A stretch of DNA of 64,000 bases from an uncultured Clostridia bacterium. Its GTDB lineage: Bacteria > Bacillota > Clostridia > Christensenellales > UBA1242. The position numbers and the translations under genes are program-made. Location of the stretch: assembly GCA_944377315.1 (NCBI GenBank), contig CALWEM010000004.1, forward strand, positions 2,977 through 66,976, given 5' to 3'. Positions 1 to 7,506 of this stretch are shown piece by piece (the first letter of the stretch is position 1; each line of letters begins with the position of its first letter). The notes under the pieces are model-generated. The model saw only the letters and a program-made list of their open reading frames with translations. It was not told the DNA's origin and searched no databases.

Positions 1-1
1 C

Positions 2-679
2 AGTGCAAACTATATTTCTCACAAAGATTTGACTCCACCTTTTGTTTGTCTTATGGTCAGTGGTGGGCACACTGCCATTTTGAAAGTGGAAGACTATTGT
101 CAAATTGACCTTGTTGGCTCAACTGTCGATGATTCGGTGGGCGAGTGTTTTGACAAGGTGGCACGAGTTTTGGGACTTTCTTATCCTGGCGGACCAAATA
201 TTGACAAACTTGCCAAAAATGGCAAAAATGTTATCAAATTTAATTATCACGAGCCATTTCGAGATAGTTATAACTTCTCTTTCAGTGGACTTAAAACCGC
301 TGTTGTGAATTTTGTTCATAACGCTGAACAAAAGGGCGAGATAATTGAAAAAGAAAATATCGCTTGCTCTTTCCAAGAAATTGTCACACAAGAACTTGCC
401 GAAAAAGTGATGAGATATTTGAAGGAAACAGGCGAGAAAAAACTTGTGCTTGCCGGTGGTGTGGGTGCAAACTCGAGATTGCGAGAAAAATTGACCACTT
501 TTTGCGAGAAAAATGATGTCAAACTTTATCTTCCAATCCTTAAATATTGCACTGACAATGCGGCGATGATTGGCTCAATGGCGTTTTATTATTTGAAAAA
601 TGGAATCGGGCTTGCTGACTTATCATTGACTGGCAAGCCAAATGTGGATATAACTTTGAACACAAAAAAGTCGTGGTGA
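2..679 (+). CDS. tsaD: tRNA N6-adenosine threonylcarbamoyltransferase TsaD (Kae1/Gcp family), C-terminal part; the 5' end lies upstream of the window
   Basis: Translation has TsaD blocks (SGGHT, GECFDKVARVLGLSYPGGPNIDKLA, LAGGVGANSRLR, YCTDNAAMIG). The frame is open back to the window edge. Confidence 0.9.
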   Translation, partial: SANYISHKDLTPPFVCLMVSGGHTAILKVEDYCQIDLVGSTVDDSVGECFDKVARVLGLSYPGGPNIDKLAKNGKNVIKFNYHEPFRDSYNFSFSGLKTAVVNFVHNAEQKGEIIEKENIACSFQEIVTQELAEKVMRYLKETGEKKLVLAGGVGANSRLREKLTTFCEKNDVKLYLPILKYCTDNAAMIGSMAFYYLKNGIGLADLSLTGKPNVDITLNTKKSW

Positions 680-682
680 GAT

Positions 683-1414
683 ATGGAAAAAATAAAGAAG
701 TTTTTTATGAGTTTGAAATGGTATGAATATTTGATCATTGCCTTTTTCATTCTCTCTCTTCTCACTGTCGGAATTGTTTTTCATTCTGATGTTTTTGCCA
801 TTTTGAACGCTGTTTTGGGTGCTGTTGGCATATTTTTTCTTGCAAAAGGGAATATTGCTGGACAATTTATCTTGTTGCCACAAACAATTTTGTATATTGT
901 TGTCGCTTTTTTAAACCGATTTTATGGCGAAGTGATAATAAGTGTTCTCTTCACTTTTCCTTTATATATTGTGGCAATCGTGTCTTGGTTTAAAAACTTA
1001 AATAAGAGTGGAAATGTCGGCGAGGTCAAAGTAAACAAAAATCTCTCTTGGAAAGAATGGCTCTCTTTGGCGTTGGTGACGAGTGCCGTGACTGTTGGAA
1101 TTTATTTCCTTTTGGTGCATTTTGACACAAATTTGCCGATTTTAAGTTCAATTTCCTTCTTTTTGAATGTTATGGGCAGTTATCTCTCGGTTAGACGCTG
1201 TGAGTTGAATTTCGTTTTTTATATCATTTGCAATGTTGTCACTTTGGCTATGTGGACATTGGTGGTGTTTAAGGATGGAAACTTGACTCAAATGGTGGTT
1301 TTTGCAGAATATATCTTTTTTGTGTGCATCAATATTTTTGGTCTTATTAATTGGATTCGTTTAAAGAAAAAACAAGGAGAAGAAAATGATGGAACTGTTA
1401 GCACCAGCAGGTAA
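683..1414 (+). CDS. pnuC: PnuC-like nicotinamide riboside/NMN transporter family membrane protein
   Basis: 243 aa, about 7 hydrophobic helices. Layout and W/N-containing helices resemble the PnuC family. Called from memory of the family, not from a search. Confidence 0.55.
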   Translation: MEKIKKFFMSLKWYEYLIIAFFILSLLTVGIVFHSDVFAILNAVLGAVGIFFLAKGNIAGQFILLPQTILYIVVAFLNRFYGEVIISVLFTFPLYIVAIVSWFKNLNKSGNVGEVKVNKNLSWKEWLSLALVTSAVTVGIYFLLVHFDTNLPILSSISFFLNVMGSYLSVRRCELNFVFYIICNVVTLAMWTLVVFKDGNLTQMVVFAEYIFFVCINIFGLINWIRLKKKQGEENDGTVSTSR

Positions 1415-2576
1415 TTTTGAAAAATTTTTGACGGCACTGCATTTTGGAGCAGATGCTGTCTATCTCGCCGGAAACCGTTTTGGTCTTCGGGCCTATGCCG
1501 GCAATTTCACCGATGATGAAATGAAAAAAGCAGTGGAAATAGCTCACGAGAAAGGCAAGAAAGTGTATGTCACACTGAACATTATCGCCAAAGATGAAGA
1601 TTTTGTGGGGATGGAAGAATATTTGAAATTTTTGGAGAGCATTCATATTGATGCAGTTATTGTGGCAGATATTGGTGTGATGGAATTTGTGCGTAAAACT
1701 GCGCCAAAATTGGATATTCACATCAGCACGCAAGCAAATATCATTAATTCTCACACCGCCAAATTTTTTGCTGATTTGGGTGTGAAGCGTTTGATTCTTG
1801 CAAGAGAATTATCGCTTAAAGAAATACAAAAATTACGAGAAAATTTGCCAAAAAGTGTCCAAATTGAAGTTTTTGTTCACGGTGCTATGTGTATGGCGTA
1901 TTCGGGCAGGTGTCTTCTTTCAAACTATCTCACTGGGCGTGACTCGAATCACGGCGAATGCGTGCAGGCGTGCAGGTGGAAATATTTTGTGAGAGAAGTT
2001 AGCCGTGATGACGAACTTGAAGTGGAAGAAGATGAAAAAGGCAGTTATATCTTTAATTCCAAGGACCTTAATATGCTTTCTCATCTCAAAGAGTTGGCAG
2101 ACATTGGAGTTGACAGCATCAAAATTGAAGGCAGAATGAAGTCGGCATATTATGTCGCAACTGTTGTTAACGCTTATCGTATGGCACTTGATATTCTTCC
2201 AAACAAACCAACCAAAACTCTTGAAGATGAACTTTTGAAGGCGAGTCATCGAAGATACACCACTGGATTCTATTTTGATGAAGAAAATCGGCAATTTCAG
2301 GAAGATAGTATGCCGGTTCAAGAGTCAGAGTTTATGGCAATTGCTGTTGAAGATGCTCAAAATGGTTCTGTGAAAGTGGAAATGCGAAACAAATTCTCTT
2401 TGGGGGATACGCTTGAAATTTTAAGCCCAAAAACTGATTGTTTCAATAAAAAAGTGGAGATAAAAAAGATTATTTCTTCAACAGGCGAAGAAGTTGACAG
2501 TGCAAAGAAAGTGCAGGAAGTTGTGGAAATAAATATGGAATATCCAATTTTGAAAGGTGATATTTTGAGAAAATAA
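1386..2576 (+). CDS. Peptidase U32 family protein (collagenase-like; TrhP/RlhA-type hydroxylation family)
   Basis: N-terminus MELLAPAGN..GADAVYLAG.RFGLRA and the internal E.FVHGAMC.AYSGRC motif are typical of U32. GGAGA RBS upstream. 29-nt overlap with the preceding gene. Confidence 0.85.
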   Translation: MMELLAPAGNFEKFLTALHFGADAVYLAGNRFGLRAYAGNFTDDEMKKAVEIAHEKGKKVYVTLNIIAKDEDFVGMEEYLKFLESIHIDAVIVADIGVMEFVRKTAPKLDIHISTQANIINSHTAKFFADLGVKRLILARELSLKEIQKLRENLPKSVQIEVFVHGAMCMAYSGRCLLSNYLTGRDSNHGECVQACRWKYFVREVSRDDELEVEEDEKGSYIFNSKDLNMLSHLKELADIGVDSIKIEGRMKSAYYVATVVNAYRMALDILPNKPTKTLEDELLKASHRRYTTGFYFDEENRQFQEDSMPVQESEFMAIAVEDAQNGSVKVEMRNKFSLGDTLEILSPKTDCFNKKVEIKKIISSTGEEVDSAKKVQEVVEINMEYPILKGDILRK

Positions 2577-2654
2577 TTTAAAAAATTTTAAATATTTTCT
2601 AAATAAATTTGACTTTTCATATAATTTGAATATAAAATATAATTAAGGATTGAA

Positions 2655-3143
2655 ATGGCAAAAGTGAAATTAAGATATATCGAAAATGTGGAAGGAAAAC
2701 AGCATCTCAATTTTATTGAGGGCAGGAAATTGATGCATAGCGCGAGAACGGATTTGAGAAATTCAATTTTCTCACTGCTTCTTTTTTGTGCCTTGCTTTT
2801 TCTTTTCGTGATTATTTCTGGTTTTAATCTTTATTATGTTGCTTTTTTGGTTGCTTTTTTGGTGATTTTTATTGCAATGATTGTTGTTTTTTCCTTGCAA
2901 AGCCACAAGGGAAGAAAAAAGTGCGTAAATGCTGTTCTAAATTCCAAAAACACCGATATTGTCAATCGGGTGAGTTTGGCAAAATCTTCAAAAGCAATTG
3001 TGGAGAGTATGAGTTCAACGGTCGATAAATATGATGCCAGAGAAAAATTCCCGGGTATTATCAGAAAGGTGATAAGAAAGGGACGACATATTCAAGAAGC
3101 CAACAAAATCATTGATTTTGAAGAAGAAAGAGAGAAAAAATAA
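2655..3143 (+). CDS. Hypothetical membrane protein (two central TM helices, charged C-terminus)
   Basis: ORF with AAGGA RBS. No family recognised. Confidence 0.5.
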   Translation: MAKVKLRYIENVEGKQHLNFIEGRKLMHSARTDLRNSIFSLLLFCALLFLFVIISGFNLYYVAFLVAFLVIFIAMIVVFSLQSHKGRKKCVNAVLNSKNTDIVNRVSLAKSSKAIVESMSSTVDKYDAREKFPGIIRKVIRKGRHIQEANKIIDFEEEREKK

Positions 3144-3145
3144 AA

Positions 3146-3180
3146 AGAAGATGGCAAAATTTCGCTATCTTCTTTATTTT
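3146..3180 (+). terminator. Rho-independent terminator after the 2655..3143 gene
   Basis: 10-bp stem agaagatggc/gctatcttct followed by a T-rich tract. Confidence 0.6.
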
Positions 3181-3216
3181 ATTGCTTTATATTGAATTGT
3201 GTGGTAAAATAACTCT

Positions 3217-3876
3217 ATGATACGAATAACAAAAGATTGGAAAGAACGACTTGCTGACGAGTTTGACAAGGATTATTTCAAAAAGTTGCAAGGATTTTTG
3301 GAAAGTGAATATTCAAAATATGATGTTTATCCAAAAATGGAAAATATTTTCAATGCACTGAATTATTGTCCATATGACAAGGTGAAGGTGGTGATTATCG
3401 GTCAAGATCCATATCACGAGCCTCATCAAGCACACGGACTCTCTTTTTCTGTGGAAGAAGGAGTTGTGTTTCCGCCATCGCTTGTCAATATTTTCAAGGA
3501 AATTGAAGATGATTTGCATATCAAGGTGCAAAATTCTGGAAATCTTGCACGATGGGCAAAGCAGGGCGTGATGCTTTTAAACACCACATTGACGGTTAGA
3601 CGCGGTCAAGCAAATTCTCACCGCGGACACGGCTGGGAAAATTTTACCACCGAAGTGATAAAAAAACTTTCCGCAAGAAAAGACCCCATTGTTTTCATTT
3701 TGTGGGGAAGTAATGCGCAAAGTTTCGAACCTATCATTGAAAAACAACATCTAATTTTGAAAGCCCCACATCCAAGCCCGCTCTCTGCTTATCGCGGTTT
3801 CTTTGGTTGCAAACATTTTTCAAAAACCAATGAGTTTTTAACCAAAATTGGCAAAACGCCGATTGATTGGAGTTAG
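3217..3876 (+). CDS. ung: Uracil-DNA glycosylase
   Basis: GQDPYH..AHGLSFSV, LLNT.LTV and HPSPLSA motifs of family-1 UDG. Confidence 0.95.
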   Translation: MIRITKDWKERLADEFDKDYFKKLQGFLESEYSKYDVYPKMENIFNALNYCPYDKVKVVIIGQDPYHEPHQAHGLSFSVEEGVVFPPSLVNIFKEIEDDLHIKVQNSGNLARWAKQGVMLLNTTLTVRRGQANSHRGHGWENFTTEVIKKLSARKDPIVFILWGSNAQSFEPIIEKQHLILKAPHPSPLSAYRGFFGCKHFSKTNEFLTKIGKTPIDWS

Positions 3877-4493
3877 AGTTTCATATCTTTAATGGCGTAT
3901 TTTTCGATTTTTTTGCTGAAATCATCAAAATCCAAAATTCTTTCCACTCCACTTGGAGCAGGAAGGTTTTTGTTATAGTCGGTTGTGAAAAGCAAGGAAT
4001 GTTTGCCGGTCTTTCCAGCAAAATATTCACCCACGCGTTGTGTGATTTTCAAGTCATCATCAAGGAAAAAATCAGCATTTTCTTCTTCACAAATTTTTTC
4101 TTTGTCAATTCTGCCAATGTATATTTTGTCATATGCAACTTTCTCTCTTTCAAGCCATTCAAGAGTGACAGCCTTTGGTTCAGTGTGCCAATCGGTTGAG
4201 CGTGCTGTTGCAATCACAATTCTATGTCCATTTTTGTGAAGGTTATTTATCACATTGATAGCGTTCTTTTTGGATGGGAAATGTAACATCATTTTGTCGC
4301 CGTATGTTTTATACCACTCAAGTGCTGTTTCTTTCGTCCAATCAAATTTTGCTTCAGCAAATCGTACATTTTGGGCAATTTGTTTGTATGGGAGATTGTT
4401 ATCAACAAAAAACTTGCGAATATAAAATTCGCTGAACATATCTGTGTCGCAAATTGTGTCGTCCAAATCAAAAACAAAAACCATAAACTTCAT
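3873..4493 (-). CDS. HAD-superfamily hydrolase (nucleotidase-like)
   Basis: N-terminal FVFDLDDTI (DxDxT motif I). Convergent 4-nt overlap with ung. The true start may be the second ATG at 4484, which has better RBS spacing. Confidence 0.6.
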   Translation of the reverse strand: MKFMVFVFDLDDTICDTDMFSEFYIRKFFVDNNLPYKQIAQNVRFAEAKFDWTKETALEWYKTYGDKMMLHFPSKKNAINVINNLHKNGHRIVIATARSTDWHTEPKAVTLEWLEREKVAYDKIYIGRIDKEKICEEENADFFLDDDLKITQRVGEYFAGKTGKHSLLFTTDYNKNLPAPSGVERILDFDDFSKKIEKYAIKDMKL

Positions 4494-4572
4494 CCTTTTT
4501 TGTTATATAATATCACAATTTACGAATTTGTCAAGGTGAAATTAAAAAAATTAATAAAATGTTGAAAAATGC

Positions 4573-4601
4573 TTGATTTTTTTAAATTAATCTGCTAAAA
4601 T
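4573..4601 (+). promoter_or_regulatory. Sigma-A-type promoter upstream of the tRNA-Gly/Cys/Leu cluster
   Basis: TTGATT, 17-nt spacer, then extended -10 TGCTAAAAT. Confidence 0.45.
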
Positions 4602-4663
4602 AAAAGGGCAGTTGTCAAGAAATCACTTTGGTGAATATATAACAATGAAGTGATTAAACACTT

Positions 4664-4766
4664 GCGGAAGTGGCTTTTGGCAAAAGCGTTGCCTTGTTTT
4701 GAATGGAAGGGAGAGCAAAATCTTCGAAGAAAGTCAAAACCTTTGCATTCACCTTGCCAAGGCAAA
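4664..4766 (+). other. Colinear partial copy of the 5' half of tRNA-Gly(GCC), interrupted by a ~56-nt insert; no T-arm or 3' acceptor strand
   Basis: gcggaagtggct (12 nt), agcgttgcctt (11 nt) and ccttgccaaggcaaa (15 nt) are identical to, and in the same order as, the tRNA-Gly gene starting at 4796. Confidence 0.7.
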
Positions 4767-4795
4767 GTTATTGAAAATTGAATAGTTTATATTAT

Positions 4796-4870
4796 GCGGA
4801 AGTGGCTCAGTGGTAGAGCGTTGCCTTGCCAAGGCAAATGTCGCGAGTTCGAATCTCGTCTTCCGCTCCA
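4796..4870 (+). tRNA. tRNA-Gly (anticodon GCC), CCA encoded
   Basis: Cloverleaf folded by hand: acceptor gcggaag/cttccgc, anticodon arm ttgcc-TTGCCAA-ggcaa, T-arm gcgag-ttcgaat-ctcgt. Confidence 0.95.
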
Positions 4871-4983
4871 ACAAAACCTAAAATCCTTGGTTGGCTCTTT
4901 GTTTGGTGAGAGAAGAAAACTCTTAAAAATACTTTTGGCGGAGTTTTAATTTGATAACTTCGCCATTTTTGTTAAAATGATAT

Positions 4984-5058
4984 GGTACCATCGCCAAGCG
5001 GTAAGGCAAAGGTCTGCAAAACCTTTATTCCCCGGTTCAAATCCGGGTGGTACCTCCA
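4984..5058 (+). tRNA. tRNA-Cys (anticodon GCA), CCA encoded
   Basis: Acceptor ggtacca/tggtacc, anticodon arm aaggt-CTGCAAA-acctt, T-arm ccggg... ttcaaat ...ccggg. Confidence 0.9.
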
Positions 5059-5093
5059 AAGTGGCTTCCACTTCAAAAATTTTAATAAAATTT

Positions 5094-5179
5094 CCAGGTG
5101 TGGCGGAATGGCAGACGCACAGGACTTAAAATCCTGAGAGGGCAACTTCGTGTGGGTTCAAGTCCCACCACCTGGACCA
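5094..5179 (+). tRNA. tRNA-Leu (anticodon UAA), long variable arm, CCA encoded
   Basis: Acceptor ccaggtg/cacctgg, anticodon arm cagga-CTTAAAA-tcctg, T-arm gtggg-ttcaagt-cccac, 86 nt. Confidence 0.95.
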
Positions 5180-5252
5180 AGAAATTGCTATTTAGTTTAT
5201 TACTGATTTGTAATAAATTTTTTTTAATGGGAGTTGGGACTTGAACGGGCGG
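5159..5252 (+). repeat. Direct repeat copy 1 (94 nt): 3' end of tRNA-Leu + AT-rich terminator hairpin + segment inverted relative to the tRNA T-arm
   Basis: Differs at only 3 positions from 5335..5428. Contains the hairpin tttattac/gtaataaa + T8, and tgggacttgaac, the reverse complement of the tRNA T-loop gttcaagtccca. Confidence 0.9.
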
Positions 5253-5334
5253 AAATTGAAAAGTTTCCTGTGGAAAGTTTTCTCCGCCCCGGCGTGAAAG
5301 CGGGATGACCAGCGAAGACAGACAGACCGCGGAG

Positions 5335-5428
5335 CAAGTCCCACCACTTGGACCAAGAAATTGTTATTTAATTTATTACTGATTTGTAATAAATTTTTTT
5401 TAATGGGAGTTGGGACTTGAACGGGCGG
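5335..5428 (+). repeat. Direct repeat copy 2 (94 nt): orphan tRNA-Leu 3' fragment + terminator hairpin + inverted T-arm segment
   Basis: Same as copy 1 with 3 substitutions. Period is 176 nt. Confidence 0.9.
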
Positions 5429-5575
5429 TATAGCAAAGGCAATAGTGCTAAATTATTCAAGGGATCCCGAAAGTGTCTATCACTTTTGGGAAGAAGGAGA
5501 AAACAAAAAACACCTTAACTTTTTGGTTAAAGTGTTCAGTTTTGCTGATTTCAAAATTAATAACCTTGCGAATTG

Positions 5576-5845
5576 TTATTTTGCTTGTTTTGCATTGTCA
5601 AGCAATTTTGCAAAATGAGCTTTCTTACGATTTGCAGAGTTTTGATGAATAACATTTTCTCTTGCAGCACTGTCAAGTTTTGAAACAAGAGTTTTGTATA
5701 TTTCTGATGCTTTTTCAACATCATTTGCAAGAGCATCTTTGAAATTTCTTACATATGTTTTGATTTCAGATTTAACAGAATTGTTTTGAACTCTTCTTTC
5801 TTTTTCAATAAGAACTCTTTTCTTTGCTGATTTAATATTTGCCAT
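5576..5845 (-). CDS. rpsT: 30S ribosomal protein S20
   Basis: MANIKSAKKR... with typical S20 length and composition. Terminator hairpin downstream on the minus strand (~5505..5545). Confidence 0.95.
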   Translation of the reverse strand: MANIKSAKKRVLIEKERRVQNNSVKSEIKTYVRNFKDALANDVEKASEIYKTLVSKLDSAARENVIHQNSANRKKAHFAKLLDNAKQAK

Positions 5846-5948
5846 TTCTTTCTCCTTATTTACTTCTTAAAATTTTACTTAATGATTATAGCACACTAAA
5901 AATAAAAAATCAACTTATTTTTTCAAATTTTTTGGCAATATTTTATTT

Positions 5949-6722
5949 ATGTTAGATTTGGTGGATGAATGTGGGAAAGATTTGGCTGATTGTGGCTATG
6001 AAACGGTGGAACTTGGAAAGTATAACGCGACTTGTTCCAAACTTTTTATTGACAGTGATGGGAAGAAAAAGAAGTATGGTTTTGACAAGGGTCATTATTA
6101 TATTCTAAATGCACCACTTATGTTTGGATTGATGGATGAACATTTTGAGTTTTTAAAACGGGAGATTAAAAAAAGAATAAGGTTGTTATTTAAGTTAAAC
6201 AAGGTCAAAAAAAGCGACCGATTTTTGTTGGTTGGAATCGGAAATCCGCAAATTCTGTGTGATAGTTTTGGCAGTCGCGTGATTGATAAAATTGAAATAA
6301 AGCCGTTTTGCGAAGACAATAATATTTTCAAGATTTCGCCAAACACTTTTGCTAACACTGGCATTAACGCCTACGAAATTGTCAAACTTTTGGTGGAAGC
6401 ATTTGATATTTCTGTGGTTGTTTTGTTTGATTCTTTGATGACAAAAAATTTGGCTCGTCTTTCCACTTCTTTTCAATTTAATGATGCTGGTTTGACGCCG
6501 GGGAGTGCAATGAACAAGTTTGGAATGGAAATCAACAAGGAAAGTTTGGGTGTTTCTGCCATTTCGATTGGAATGCCTTTTATGATTTCTGCGGGCGACA
6601 TTTCCAAAAATTATTCAAAAGATATTATTTTGGCAGAAAAGGACCTTGAAGAAAAAGTTGAATTTTCTTCAAAAATTGTTGCAGAAATTTTCAATGAACT
6701 TTTGGAAACTGACAACACTTGA
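5949..6722 (+). CDS. gpr: Germination protease GPR family (peptidase A25), short form
   Basis: VGIGNPQILCDSFG resembles GLGN..TPDALGP. FDSL...RL..SFQFNDAGLTPGS resembles IDAL..R....TIQISDTGI.PG. Divergent from rpsT, as in Bacillus. Confidence 0.65.
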   Translation: MLDLVDECGKDLADCGYETVELGKYNATCSKLFIDSDGKKKKYGFDKGHYYILNAPLMFGLMDEHFEFLKREIKKRIRLLFKLNKVKKSDRFLLVGIGNPQILCDSFGSRVIDKIEIKPFCEDNNIFKISPNTFANTGINAYEIVKLLVEAFDISVVVLFDSLMTKNLARLSTSFQFNDAGLTPGSAMNKFGMEINKESLGVSAISIGMPFMISAGDISKNYSKDIILAEKDLEEKVEFSSKIVAEIFNELLETDNT

Positions 6723-6746
6723 TTTCTTCTTTCATATATATTCAAT

Positions 6747-7457
6747 ATGAAAAATGTCCTTTTGATTGACAGTGGTTCGGGCGGCATTAACATTTTGAAG
6801 GAGTGTGTGAAAGTTTGCCCGCACTGCAACTATCTTCTTTTTTGTGATGTTTTGAATTTGCCATATGGTGAGAAAAACAAGGAAGATTTAACGAGAATAA
6901 CAATTTCCAATTTGGAGCGAATTCGAACTTTTTTCAATTTTGAAATTGTGATTTTGGCTTGTAACACGCTCACTGCAACGGTTTTGGATGAGATGAGAAA
7001 AAGATATGAAAACATAACCTTCATCGGCACAGTTCCAGCAATTAAACCAGCACTTTGTGAGTTCAAAGAAGAAGATGTTTTGGTTTTGGCGACTAAAACA
7101 ACAATGGAAAACAACATTCTTATCAACAAGCACAAAAAACTGAAGAAAGTTTCATTAAACTCTCTTGCACCGCTTATCGATGAAAATTTGGACAATTTAG
7201 AAGTTTTAAAAGAGTATATTCAAAAGAATGTTTTGTGCGATTCAAAGGCAATTATTTTGGGATGCACTCATTATTTTGCCGTCAAAAGTCTTTTGGAAGA
7301 ATTATATCCAAATGCCAAGATTTTTGATAGTGCAAACGGTGTGGCAAGACGACTTAAATCGTTTGTTGAAAGTGAAAAAGAGAAGTTTCAGGTGCAAATT
7401 TTTTGTGATAAACCAGAAAACTTGGCAAAATTTTGGTGGTATTATTTCAAAAATTAA
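6747..7457 (+). CDS. murI: Glutamate racemase
   Basis: DSGSGG, PYGEK, ACNT(L)TA and GCTHY motifs. Confidence 0.85.
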   Translation: MKNVLLIDSGSGGINILKECVKVCPHCNYLLFCDVLNLPYGEKNKEDLTRITISNLERIRTFFNFEIVILACNTLTATVLDEMRKRYENITFIGTVPAIKPALCEFKEEDVLVLATKTTMENNILINKHKKLKKVSLNSLAPLIDENLDNLEVLKEYIQKNVLCDSKAIILGCTHYFAVKSLLEELYPNAKIFDSANGVARRLKSFVESEKEKFQVQIFCDKPENLAKFWWYYFKN

Positions 7458-7506
7458 TTTTAATATTTTTTGAAGTTTAATTTAATAAAAAAAAGAATGA
7501 TTTTCA

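Noticed and set aside
4780-5093. -10-like A/T hexamers 2-6 nt upstream of the mature 5' end of each tRNA, suggesting leaderless tRNA transcription.
   Set aside because: Such hexamers are expected by chance in this AT-rich DNA. Convincing -35 partners are missing for most of them, and an RNase P RNA gene is present.
5228-5358. Possibility that the structured tRNA-Leu spacer plus orphan 3' fragment is a tRNA-Sec, tmRNA or other tRNA gene.
   Set aside because: There is no matching 5' acceptor strand for ...CACTTGG-A-CCA and no intact T-arm pairing. The ~131-nt length fits neither tRNA-Sec nor tmRNA, and no tag-peptide ORF or anticodon arm is recognisable.
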